NCBI GenBank assembly: GCA_965214705.1 | Contig: CBDCCI010000002.1 | Location: 416,001-480,000 of the forward strand | Length of the DNA stretch: 64,000 nt | From: Alphaproteobacteria bacterium | GTDB taxonomy: Bacteria; Pseudomonadota; Alphaproteobacteria; UBA828 | Reading direction: 5' to 3' | In this document: positions 39,414-48,850 of the stretch, piece after piece | How positions within the stretch are numbered: the stretch's first letter is position 1 | How the letters are laid out: every line of letters starts with the position of its first letter | Program-made: the position numbers and the translations under genes | Notes under the pieces: model-generated | The model's database searches: none | The model's input: only the letters and a program-made list of their open reading frames with translations | What the model was told of the DNA's origin: nothing

Positions 39414-39750
39414 CCGCGAGACCTCATCATTCCAGTGCAGTCGGACGCGGCTGGCACTGGGCCGGGTGGCGAGTGACCGGGTATTCGCTGGGCTGAAAGA
39501 CGCCGTAAATCAGAGTGGTCCCGCCTCCGGAACGCTGCGCCCGCAGCAAGCGGGATTGGGGGACGGATCCGGCACACCCTTGCCGGCAACCGCCCGGATA
39601 AGAGCTTGGTATGCGCACTTGAGGCGCGACCGGTGCAAGAAGCGTTCGACCCGGTGGCGAAAGCGACTAGCGATCCTGCCAACTCAGAGGAGGCGAGGCA
39701 TGTGATAGCCAGCGCTAGCCTTCTGACTTGACCCAGACAGCCCCATAAGA
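39414..39750 (+). ncRNA. Putative bridge/seekRNA region and right end of IS110 copy D
   Basis: Same scaffold; ends CATAAGA like copy C; segment TATTCGCT (39482-39489) is 7/8 complementary to the flank AGCAAATA (39750-39757). Confidence 0.72.
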
Positions 39751-39912
39751 GCAAATAAGCGCACTATTCGACAGTCATCAACACCGAGTGCAAACTGAGT
39801 CCCCGAACCTGTTCTTCAATTCGCAACCAACTACCGCTCCAAGAGCGATATTGTAAGACGGCAATTGACCTATCTACACTCTTTCGCGCGTGGCGCTCAT
39901 TTTCGCCTACAT

Positions 39913-40710
39913 TCACTTGTCATCGACATATCTTCGAACCGTTTCCGATAACGTCGTCCACGACGCCGCTCTCCTGCCATCTGCGTTCCGGCCATTCCAA
40001 GCATGAGGACTTACATAAAGGTCGAATCCTTTGTACCCGATGTGGTTCGCCCAAAACCTGAGTTGCGAAACTACACAGTCCGGCACTTCATGCGCGTCAA
40101 ACACGTCACTCATAAGTTTTCTCTTGAGTCCCGGTTCCTGCGTTGCATACTCCCACAAAAGCCAATCTAGGTCGTAGTTTCCAAACTCAGGCGGTCTTGT
40201 CCTGTACTTCGCTTCATCCTTGGCCACTTCATTGGTGTAGTTGTCGATCATTTCGCACACGATGAGGGCAATCTCATCCCGGGACAGAAGATAAGAATGC
40301 AGGCTGCCAAGGAACTCAGCCAGCCTTACAATCCACCTTCCTCTGTCGGACATGACGTCCAGTCTGACGGTTCGTTCGTCTCCTTCGGTTACGCCAATAT
40401 GGATATACCGTTCATGGATGATCGCACCAAGCAAAACTATGATGCCGACGTCGTTCCTGTTGGAGTATCTGTTATTCGCCGCAAACGACCTGGAAGGTTC
40501 AAATTCCAGCAGCTCAATTGCTTGTTTTGTTTTTCGTGCTTTGTCTATTTCTTCGACGATCGGCCTCATTCTCACTGACAGATCTACTACGTGATAGGGA
40601 TAACCGACAAACTCCTTACCCACCCTCATGACTGAACTCATGTGACGCTTCGCTTCCTGAACTCGATTGTACAAGCATGACGGATACAGGGCCATTTTCA
40701 TCGCCTCCAA
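39913..40710 (-). CDS. Hypothetical protein, low GC, 265 aa
   Basis: Long ORF in a visibly AT-richer block; no recognised motif; start uncertain. Confidence 0.55.
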   Translation of the reverse strand: MEAMKMALYPSCLYNRVQEAKRHMSSVMRVGKEFVGYPYHVVDLSVRMRPIVEEIDKARKTKQAIELLEFEPSRSFAANNRYSNRNDVGIIVLLGAIIHERYIHIGVTEGDERTVRLDVMSDRGRWIVRLAEFLGSLHSYLLSRDEIALIVCEMIDNYTNEVAKDEAKYRTRPPEFGNYDLDWLLWEYATQEPGLKRKLMSDVFDAHEVPDCVVSQLRFWANHIGYKGFDLYVSPHAWNGRNADGRRAASWTTLSETVRRYVDDK

Positions 40711-41045
40711 ACTACTGGCCGCTCAACTCGAGACCATCCGACATCTCAGCCTCGCATTACGGGATGCCCGATTCTCACACGGGCGAAAGCGGGTGAACAG
40801 GCGCAACGCTCCTATATGTGCGTCTACATGCGTCGCCTTTCGATCCGGTCCTTGCCTCACCCTGCAGCGACCCTGCGCGCAACCGTACGTTCCGAGCTCC
40901 CGACCGTCGCGGACCCGGATCGCATCGGCGCCGCGGCTGACCGGGTCGCCACGCCTGCCGGCATCCAGCCGCGGTGTCACCTTCAGGTCATGAACCTAGC
41001 GGGCTTGCGGCTCGCGCCTGCCGCAGGCTGCCGCAAACGTACGGG

Positions 41046-41084
41046 GCCGGGTAGGAGGGGTCGTTGCCGAGCCCCTCCCCCGCA
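41046..41084 (-). ncRNA. Isolated domain VI of a second group II intron
   Basis: TGCGGGGGAGGGGCTCGGCAACGACCCCTCCTACCCGGC: hairpin with bulged A, immediately 3' of the first intron end. Confidence 0.6.
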
Positions 41085-41545
41085 GTTGCGGTAGGAATGC
41101 GCATTGCTGCGCACCCCCCGCGCAGATCCGGACATGGTCGCTAAACCATCCGGCTCCTACCTCGGGTGATTGACGGCAAACCGCTGGTCCGGCCATGGGT
41201 GGCGGATTGAGGCGCGTGGCCACAGGATTTCGGTCATGCGCTCCAGCCGCTTCCAGTTGAAGTGGGCTCGCTGGGACCGCCGGCGCAGCGCCCGCATCCA
41301 CAGGCGTTGCAGCCTGCGGTGGAACGAGCGGATGAACCGGCTCGACCCTGGGACGGCGAAGTAGTTGAGCCAGCCATGGTAGACCTGCCCGAGCCACATG
41401 CCGACTTCCCAGATGTCGTGGTGCCAGCGCTTGCAGAGCACCTCGTCGATGCGCGCCAGGGTCCTGACGACCCGTTTCGCGACCGGTTTGCGACCAAGCC
41501 GAAAGCGTCCTCGCCGGGTCGTCGTGCAGTAGTGCGTGAAGCCCA
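41085..41545 (-). mobile_element. Group II intron 3' remnant (RT/maturase tail, DV, DVI)
   Basis: LGFTHYC, GWLNYFAVP, LRRRSQR, IRHPWP; DV GAGCCGGATG..GTCCGGATC (41156-41125); DVI ending CCTACCGCAAC. Confidence 0.88.
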
Positions 41546-42440
41546 GCTCGCGCTCGCCTGGCTCGCCGGCCGGGCCGCCATATGGTGGAGCAACGCAATC
41601 GGCCCGGTTCCGACGGCTCTCCTCGATCTCGTCTTTCTGGCCGGACTCGCGGTCTTCGTCGCCAACGAGATCGTCGCAGGCCGCAATTGGCGCAACCTGC
41701 CGGTCCTCGCCGGGCTCGGGCTGATGGTCGCCGCCAACGTGCTGTTCCACCTCTCCGCGATGGACGCGGCGAACCTCGAGGAGGTTGCCGTTCGGCTTTC
41801 AATCGCCGTGGTGTCGCTGCTGCTGGCGTTGGTCGGCGGGCGCATCGTGCCGAGCTTCACGCGCAACTGGTTCGCGAAGCGGGACGGCCCGAAGATCGCG
41901 GCGCCCATGGGCAGGTTCGACAAAGTCACGCTCGCCGTGACGGGGGTGGGACTGGCGACCTGGGTGGCATCGGCGCCGGCGCCGGTTGCGGGCGGTCTCC
42001 TGACCGCAGCGGGTCTGCTCCACCTCGCGCGGCTCGCGCGCTGGCGCGGCTGGAGGACGCTGGCCGAGCCGCTTCTGACCATATTGCATGTCGGCTATCT
42101 GTGGCTCGCCATCGGCCTCGGCCTGCTTGGGGTCTCCCTGCTCGGGGAGTCGGTGTCCGAGGCAATGGCACTGCACGTGCTGACCATCGGCGCGATGGCA
42201 AGCATGACGCTCGCGGTCATGACGCGTGCGATCCGCGGCCACACCGGACGCGATCTCCACGCCGGGCCCTGGGTCGTGGCGATCTACGTTTTGGCCACGG
42301 TGCCGGTGTTCACGCGCGCAGCCTTCGAAATCGCTTACGAGGTCAGTCTCCTGTGGGCAACCGCCGGCGCCTGGTCTCTCGCTTTCGCGCTGTTTGCGGC
42401 TGTCCATGCGCCGATGGTGTTCGGGCCGCCCAAATCTTGA
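41545..42440 (+). pseudogene. nnrS: NnrS-family membrane protein, 5'-truncated
   Basis: WLAGR, AGRNWRNL, GGRIVPSFTRNW, RLARWRG, LHVGYLW, VMTRA.RGHTGR. Confidence 0.85.
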
Positions 42441-42466
42441 GCCCGGATGGGGTCGGTTTGCCGGGC

Positions 42467-43636
42467 TCAACCCAAGGGGGGCAGTTGTGCGTCCAGTCCC
42501 ATTCTCCTGGCGATTGCCTGGCCGATCCTCTCGGCTGCTGCCTCAATGTCGCGATCTGCGAGGTGAGCGTAGCGCAAGGTCATTCGCACATTGGAGTGTC
42601 CGAGCAGCCGCGAAACCACTGGCACCGGCACACCGTTCATCACTGCGTGGCTAGCCAGAGTGTGACGGAGGTCGTGGAGGCGCACATCCTCGATGCCGGC
42701 TTCCTTGCGGACCCGGTGCCAGAGCTTGAAGTCCCGGTGGCGCGGCCGGGACGGATCGCGCGCCGACGGAAACACGAACGGACTCTCTCCCCGAGGTTGC
42801 CGTTCGAGAATACGCCGGGCCTGCGAGTTGAGGGGAACCTTCCGGGGCCCGGTCTTGCTGTCGGCCAGCATGAGCATGTCGCCCTGGACCTCGGACCAGC
42901 GCAGGCGCACGATCTCGCCCCTGCGGCACCCGGTCAGCAGCAGGAGCCGGATCAGGTCGGCCTGCTGGCGGTTGCCCCGCCCGGCTTGCCCGTCGAGCGC
43001 CCTGTGGAGGCGGGCGATCTCCTCGCGGGAGAGGAAGCGGGTGAGCTTCGGCCGGCGATTGGGTTCGATGCCTGCGGCCGGGTTGGCGTCAGCGTGACCG
43101 CGGTCGATGGCGAAGTTCATGATCTGGCGGAGGACGTCGAGGCCGCGGTTGGCGTTGACCGGGGCGGTCCGGCTGAACGCGTCGAACCACCGCCTGACCC
43201 GCGAGGGGGGAATGCGGTCGAGCGGGATCGAGCCGAACTCCGGCATCAGCTGGCTCGCGAGGAGCGAGCGGACACCCGTTTTCGTGGAGAGCTTGTAGCG
43301 CTGGAAATGCGCGTCCTTCCACTCGCCCTCGACGAACTCCCGGAACGAGAGGGCGCGGCCTTTGGGCACGCTCTCCCTGTCGGGCTCGTGGGCGAGCTGC
43401 CGCGCGAGGCAATCCCGGCGCGCCTCGGCGACGGTCCTGAGCGACACCGGACCCAGTGAGATGCGTTTCGAGCGCCCGCCGGATCGCTGCAACCAGACAT
43501 AGCTCTTCCCGCCGCCAGGCCGGACCCGGACCCCGAGGCCGGGGATGCGGTCGTCCCAGACGGTGAATTCCCGTTCTCGCGGACGGAGGCGTTCGACGGA
43601 GGCGTCGGTCAGCCGCATGCGTTCCCTGCCGGCCAT
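42467..43636 (-). CDS. Tyrosine recombinase with arm-binding N-domain
   Basis: LTD..V..L, WDDRIPGLGVRV, LLTGCRRGEI, DSKTGP, LHDLRHTLAS, LLGH, RYAH. Confidence 0.92.
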   Translation of the reverse strand: MAGRERMRLTDASVERLRPREREFTVWDDRIPGLGVRVRPGGGKSYVWLQRSGGRSKRISLGPVSLRTVAEARRDCLARQLAHEPDRESVPKGRALSFREFVEGEWKDAHFQRYKLSTKTGVRSLLASQLMPEFGSIPLDRIPPSRVRRWFDAFSRTAPVNANRGLDVLRQIMNFAIDRGHADANPAAGIEPNRRPKLTRFLSREEIARLHRALDGQAGRGNRQQADLIRLLLLTGCRRGEIVRLRWSEVQGDMLMLADSKTGPRKVPLNSQARRILERQPRGESPFVFPSARDPSRPRHRDFKLWHRVRKEAGIEDVRLHDLRHTLASHAVMNGVPVPVVSRLLGHSNVRMTLRYAHLADRDIEAAAERIGQAIARRMGLDAQLPPLG

Positions 43637-43639
43637 CGA

Positions 43640-44764
43640 TCAGTTTCCTTCCAGCACGGCGCCGACGGTCTCGGCGGCTTCCATCGTCATGGCGTCGCTG
43701 AGGTGCGTGTACTTGAGGGTCGTCTCCGGGTTGGCATGGCCGAGCAGCCGACCGATGGCGAGCACGGTCTCTCCCTCGCGCAGGGCGATGCTGGCATGGG
43801 TATGGCGGAGGTCGTGGAGACGAACGTCGTCCAGTTCCGCCTCGGCCCGGAGCTTCCACCAGAACCGGTCCAGCCAGTTGTTGCCCTGCGGGCCTGCCGT
43901 CCGGTACGAGGGGAACACCCAGCGGCCCTTTCGCTCCAGGGCGTCGAGAATGTTCCTGGCCGGCTCGGACAGCCAGACGGTTCGGGGACCCGTCTTCGAA
44001 TCGCGGAGGAACAGGCGCCCCTCTCGGTAGTCGGACCAGCGCAGCGTCAGGATTTCGCCCTTCCGGCATCCGGTCAGCAGGAGGAGGCGCACGAGCGCGA
44101 CCTGCTCCGGATGCCGCCCCTCATGGGCCGTGAGTGCCGCCGACAAGCGGCCGATCTCATCGTCCGACAGGAAGCGCTCCCGCCCCTCACGGCGGCAGCG
44201 CCGGATGCCCTTGCACGGGTTCGAGCCTTCGGGACGGAAGCCCATTGCCTCGGCCTCGCGCATGATGACGGAGAGCACCGGCATCGACCGGTCTGCGGCG
44301 ACCGGGGTGGCGCGCAGCGAAGCGAACCAGTTGGCGACGTCCCGGCTGTCGATGTCGGCGATCTGCCGTCCCGTGAAGTACGGCAGGATCTGGCTTCGCA
44401 GGTAGGCCCGGTTCACCGCCAGCGTTCCCGCCTTCCAGACCCGGCTGCGGCGCTCGAACACGGCTTCGGCGACGGCCTCGAAGAGGGTCTCGGCAGGATC
44501 GGGTGGCGGGTTCTCCCCCAGGCGGACCGCGGCGAGGACGGTCACGGCGCGCGATCGCGCCTCGCTGACATCCATGGTGGCGTCGTCGCCCATGATCTTC
44601 CAGACGCGCTCGCCGCGATGCTGGCAGTGGACGAAGAAGCGCTTGGCGCCCGAGGGCAATACCCGGAGGCCGAACCCCCTTAGCTTGCCGTCGCGAATGT
44701 CGTATGCGGTCTTGCGGGGCTTGAAGGCGCGGACGCGGGCGTCGGTAAGGTGGGTTCCAGGCAT
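43640..44764 (-). CDS. Tyrosine recombinase with arm-binding N-domain (tandem paralog)
   Basis: LRGFGLRV, LLTGCRKGEI, DSKTGP, LHDLRHTHAS, LLGH, KYTH. Confidence 0.92.
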   Translation of the reverse strand: MPGTHLTDARVRAFKPRKTAYDIRDGKLRGFGLRVLPSGAKRFFVHCQHRGERVWKIMGDDATMDVSEARSRAVTVLAAVRLGENPPPDPAETLFEAVAEAVFERRSRVWKAGTLAVNRAYLRSQILPYFTGRQIADIDSRDVANWFASLRATPVAADRSMPVLSVIMREAEAMGFRPEGSNPCKGIRRCRREGRERFLSDDEIGRLSAALTAHEGRHPEQVALVRLLLLTGCRKGEILTLRWSDYREGRLFLRDSKTGPRTVWLSEPARNILDALERKGRWVFPSYRTAGPQGNNWLDRFWWKLRAEAELDDVRLHDLRHTHASIALREGETVLAIGRLLGHANPETTLKYTHLSDAMTMEAAETVGAVLEGN

Positions 44765-45070
44765 CTCCCCTCTTCCAGTTTCGGTTGCATCCTGGGAACC
44801 GGGAGTTGACGGATCCGTCCGGATGCAACAATGTGGGGGAGAAAAAACAACCCTTGTTCAGATAGTTAGAACCGCAGGTGCGAGTTGAGGTGTATTCCGG
44901 TTGGATCTCAGGCCGCCAGAATCCCCTTGGATCGATTTTCCTGTTGGTGCTGTTGGGCCTGTGGGCAAGGCGCGGAGCGGCTTGTCCATCATATCCACAG
45001 GCACCTCGCCCCGGTAGGCCTCGGCCGGGGTATGTCCGATGGTCTGTGTAAGCTGGCTTGGTGGGCATGT

Positions 45071-45106
45071 CGCTTTCCGGCCTCAGCGCGCTGAGGCCGG
45101 AAAGCG
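45071..45106. repeat. 36-bp perfect loopless palindrome
   Basis: CGCTTTCCGGCCTCAGCG|CGCTGAGGCCGGAAAGCG. Confidence 0.85.
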
Positions 45107-45450
45107 CTCCTCGAACAGGATCGCAAACTGCCCCATCGCGGCGGTCCACTCAATGGGCCGTCGCCAACAGACGCTGGCGTTGCGGATCGCCAGGAACAAC
45201 AGCTTGGTTGCCGCCTCGTCGTTGGGAAAGCTGCCCCCCGGTCTTGATGATCTTGCGCAACGAACGGTGCAAACTCTCCAAGGCGTTGGTGGTGTAGATC
45301 ATCTTCCGGATCGCCGGCGGGAAGGCGAACATCGGCACCACGTGCTCCCAAGCGCGCCGCCAGGCCGGGACGATCACCGGATAGCGCGACCCCAGTGGGC
45401 TTCGAACCGCGCTCGAGCCGGGCCGCTGCCGCCTCGGCCCGGTAGATCGC
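45082..45450 (-). pseudogene. IS256-family transposase C-terminal fragment, frameshifted
   Basis: [55 protein letters not shown]. Confidence 0.85.
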
Positions 45451-45551
45451 CTTGCGATTCCATCGATAAAGGTTGAACAGGCCTTGAATCAACGCTTTGG
45501 GGCGACCGGACAATCCGATGCCGGAACTGCCGGCTAACAAAATGCCATTGC

Positions 45552-46428
45552 TCAGGGGCCGGGCTCGCCCGCGAGCTTCATCAGGAAATCGCCGTAGATA
45601 CTCTTGCCCCGGGCGGCGTCCCAATTCGGCCAGCGCCGCGCGGTCGATCCAGCCGTTCAGGAAGGCGATCTCTTCCGGTACGGCGATGCGCTGGTTCTGG
45701 CGCTTCTCGATGATCTGCACGAACGCGGCTGCCTCCACTAGGCTGTCGTGCGTCCCGATGTCGAACCAAGTGTATCCCCGGCCCAACTGCTCGACCTGGA
45801 GGTCGCCGCGATCGAGATAGCGCCGGTTGACGTCGCTGATCTCAAGCTCGCCGCGGGCGCTCGGCCTGACCTCTTCGGCGATGCGGACGACGTCATTGTC
45901 GTAGAAGTAGAGCCCCGTCACCGCCCAGCGAGAGCGCGGCCGCTCAGGCTTCTCCTCAATGGACTTGGCGCGGCCCGCCTCATCGAAGGCGACGACGCCG
46001 TAGCGCTCGGGATCGTGAACCCGGTAGCCGAATACAGTGGCGCCCTTCTCGCGGGCGGCGGCGCGGCGCAGCTTCTCGCTCAGCCCGTGCCCATAAAAGA
46101 TGTTGTCGCCGAGCGCAAGGGCGCAGGCATCGTTCCCTATAAAATCCTTGCCGATGAGAAAGGCCTGGGCGATCCCGTCGGGGCTCGGCTGCACCGCATG
46201 GCGAAGCGCGAGGCCCCACTCGCTGCCGTCGCCCAGCAGCTGCCGGAAGCTGGGGCTGTCCTGGGGCGTGGCGATCACCAGGATGTCCCGGATCCCGGCC
46301 AGCATCAGCGTGCTGAGAGGATAATAGATCATGGGTTTGTCGTAGACGGGCAGGAGTTGCTTGCTGCTGACGCTCGTGACCGGGTGGAGCCGCGTGCCCG
46401 CTCCGCCTGCGAGAACGATGCCTTTCAT
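45552..46428 (-). CDS. rfbA: Glucose-1-phosphate thymidylyltransferase, second identical copy with the same terminal frameshift
   Basis: Identical translation to the copy at 20527..21403. Confidence 0.9.
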
Positions 46429-46488
46429 CCTGTTCTCATCCGCCGTGATCCCGGGTTCGTCCATCCCACGAGGTTTCGCGCCGCGCTC

Positions 46489-46698
46489 TCAGGCTCCCGC
46501 CGGGCCGACGCCATCCCTGGCGCACATGTAGCGCTCCAGCGCGTCATGCCACGCCGGCAGGGGGCCGAACGCTGCCGCGACCCTGGAATTGTCAAGCACA
46601 CTATAGCACGGGCGCGCCGCACGCACCGGGTATTCTCCGGTCGCGCACGGGATGACATCCGCCGGGATGGCCGCGCGGGACACGATCGCGCGCGCGAA
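46489..46698 (-). pseudogene. rfbD: 3' fragment of rfbD
   Basis: FARAIVSRAAIPADV..RPCYSVLDNS only. Confidence 0.85.
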
Positions 46699-46751
46699 CC
46701 GGCCCATGGCCCGAGGCTCGGCGTTCGTTCCGCCCCGCGCGGCGCGCGCTC

Positions 46752-47333
46752 TCACGGGCTGAACGGGCTCGTGAGCTCCGAGAGCATCGGCTGTCCCAGG
46801 TCCTTGTCGGAAAGCACCACCTCGTCCGCCGGGAGCGGCCACTGGATGCCCAGGGCCGGATCGTTCCACAGGAGACCCCTGTCGTGTTCCGGCGAATAGA
46901 GGTCGCTGACCTTGTAGAGGACCTCGGTATCGGCCTCAAGGGTCATGAACCCGTGGGCGAAGCCGACCGGAACCAGGACCTGATTCCACGCCTCGGCGGA
47001 CAGTACGACGCTTGCGTGCCGGCCGTAGGTGGCCGAACCCTGCCGCAAATCGACCGCGACATCGAACACCGAACCCCGCACCACACGCACCAGCTTGTCC
47101 TGCGCGAACGGCGGCGCCTGGAAGTGCAGCCCCCGGAGGGTTCCCTTCTGCGCCGAAAGCGAGTGGTTGTCCTGCACGAAATCGATCTCGATCCCTGCCT
47201 CCAGAAGCTCCTTCCTGCTGTACACCTCCGAGAAGAAGCCGCGGCTGTCTCCGTGCTTCTCGGGTCTCAGCACCTTCACCTCTGAGATGGACGACTCTCG
47301 GATATGCACGCCAGCCCGCTCCTCGCCGATCAC
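46752..47333 (-). CDS. rfbC: dTDP-4-dehydrorhamnose 3,5-epimerase
   Basis: GDSRGFFSE, FVQDNHS, GTLRGLHFQ, QDKLVRV, GFAHGF, WNDPALGIQWP. Confidence 0.94.
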   Translation of the reverse strand: MIGEERAGVHIRESSISEVKVLRPEKHGDSRGFFSEVYSRKELLEAGIEIDFVQDNHSLSAQKGTLRGLHFQAPPFAQDKLVRVVRGSVFDVAVDLRQGSATYGRHASVVLSAEAWNQVLVPVGFAHGFMTLEADTEVLYKVSDLYSPEHDRGLLWNDPALGIQWPLPADEVVLSDKDLGQPMLSELTSPFSP

Positions 47334-47709
47334 GCTCGTCGGGGGAGAGCGTTCACCATGCCTGACCCGCTGCAGGCGACCGACCGGGCTGCAATGTTAG
47401 CGCACGGCCGGCTTTTGGGCCACGCGGAGCGCGCGGCCTCTCAATGCGGATGGCTGCGAGAAACCGCGCTTAGATGGTGCTCATGTAACTGCCCAGGTTA
47501 TACCAATCCGACACGGATTTGGCTCATGTTGGTTGATGTAGGGTATTGCGGCTGTTCTTCCGCAACATATTGTGGTGCGGGCTGGCTTGGTTGTGGGGGG
47601 GTGCGATGGTGTTGGCGGTTACGATCACGCGGACGACGCATCCGTCGGACGAGCTTCGGAACCTTGCGCGTGCGAGTTCGGACATCAGGCAGCGCACCCG
47701 TCTTTTGAT

Positions 47710-47977
47710 GGATGTCGTCGTCCAGCGACAGAATGACTTCGTTGGTTGCATCCTCGTAAGCCAGAAAACGCCGCGCCATGCCGTATCGACGGTCTATGTC
47801 GCCGTAGTCGCGCCGATGCACCATGCGGCACCGCTCGCTCTCGTAGTCGAACGCCGTGTCCAGTTTGCCGTACGAGATGATGATCTCGTCGATCTGCGGG
47901 CATTGTGCGAGGATCGGAAGAATGATGTGCTTCAGTTTGTACGGTCGTTCCCAGTTGAGGATAACCGCCGAAATCAT
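47710..47977 (-). pseudogene. Glycosyltransferase (GT-A fold, GT64-like) N-terminal fragment
   Basis: ISAVILNWER, IDEIII, RRF, VILSLDDDI; homology is lost right after the DxD motif. Confidence 0.6.
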
Positions 47978-48007
47978 GCTCGACTCCCGTATCGGTTCAG
48001 GCAGCCC

Positions 48008-48850
48008 TCAGTCCGGCGAATAGCCGAACATCCGACAATCCTCCGCGTACCGCGTTCGGAGCAACGCCTTGTTCTGCGGGGTCAGGTGCGCGTCTCTGGC
48101 GGCCGATCTGGCGGTGTTGAGCGCGCCCGGCGTCGTCTCCCATCCCGCCATCGTGTTCAACATTGGCAGCGCCGGCGCTGGCATACCGAGATGCTCGGCG
48201 ATCCGCTTCATATCGGCGTCGAGGGTCTCGAAACGGCCGACGAAATCGGGCAAGCGGTTTATGCCCCCCTCCCCGAGGTCGATCTGCATGTACTGGGACA
48301 GAAAATGCTTTTCGCCGAAGGCGTCCGAGCCATAGGGCGTGTTCAGCCAACGGCAGACATCGTCGAAGTCGCCCGTTTCCGCCAGACCGTAGAACAGGTC
48401 GAAGAGGGTCTGACGTTTCCTACCTTTGTGGCGGCGTTGTTCTCCCGTGTAGATCGCATGGGCGACATGCAATTCATGCCAGAACGAGAGCGCCCGGTCG
48501 AACGGGTGCCTGACGAACGCGAAGCTGTAGTAGCTCCTCGCTTCGGGACGCATCGCGTACACGTCTCGGACATGTTTGCTGCGGAATATCTCGGCTTCGG
48601 GATCGGCGCATCGCAGCGCCCGCATGAGGCTGCGCGACGCCACTTTGGGGACGCATATCCAGAGCCACCGGTACCTGTGGGAGACGATCTTCTCCGCCCG
48701 CTGATCGGGCTTCAGATGCGCCGTATGCGCCATGCGCTTCGCGTCGCGGAACCTCCCGTGCGACAACGCGCCCGCGACGTCTCTGGCGATGGGCGGGTTC
48801 GATGCGACGGCGGCCAGCACTCTCAAGTAGCGTTTCGGCTTGTCAATCAT
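48008..48850 (-). CDS. Sulfotransferase family 2 protein
   Basis: WICVPKVASRS, FAFVRHPFDRALS, HFLSQ, DFVGRFETL, RYAED..FGY. Confidence 0.87.
   Translation of the reverse strand: MIDKPKRYLRVLAAVASNPPIARDVAGALSHGRFRDAKRMAHTAHLKPDQRAEKIVSHRYRWLWICVPKVASRSLMRALRCADPEAEIFRSKHVRDVYAMRPEARSYYSFAFVRHPFDRALSFWHELHVAHAIYTGEQRRHKGRKRQTLFDLFYGLAETGDFDDVCRWLNTPYGSDAFGEKHFLSQYMQIDLGEGGINRLPDFVGRFETLDADMKRIAEHLGMPAPALPMLNTMAGWETTPGALNTARSAARDAHLTPQNKALLRTRYAEDCRMFGYSPD

Larger units (their letters stand above)
45452..46698. repeat. 1247-bp direct repeat, copy 2
   Basis: Matches 20427..21673. Confidence 0.92.

Noticed and set aside
41157-41750. Retron or DGR reverse transcriptase
   Set aside because: Only the RT-end/maturase tail is present, followed by canonical group II DV/DVI; the ORF's N-terminal part is antisense nnrS.
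44989-45551. 491-aa RfbA fusion protein
   Set aside because: Read-through caused by the terminal frameshift into an IS256 remnant; not a real domain fusion.
47499-47709. Possible IS630-like end remnant truncating the GT fragment
   Set aside because: Only a TATACCAATCCG-type terminus was seen, with no transposase or partner IR; too weak to call.
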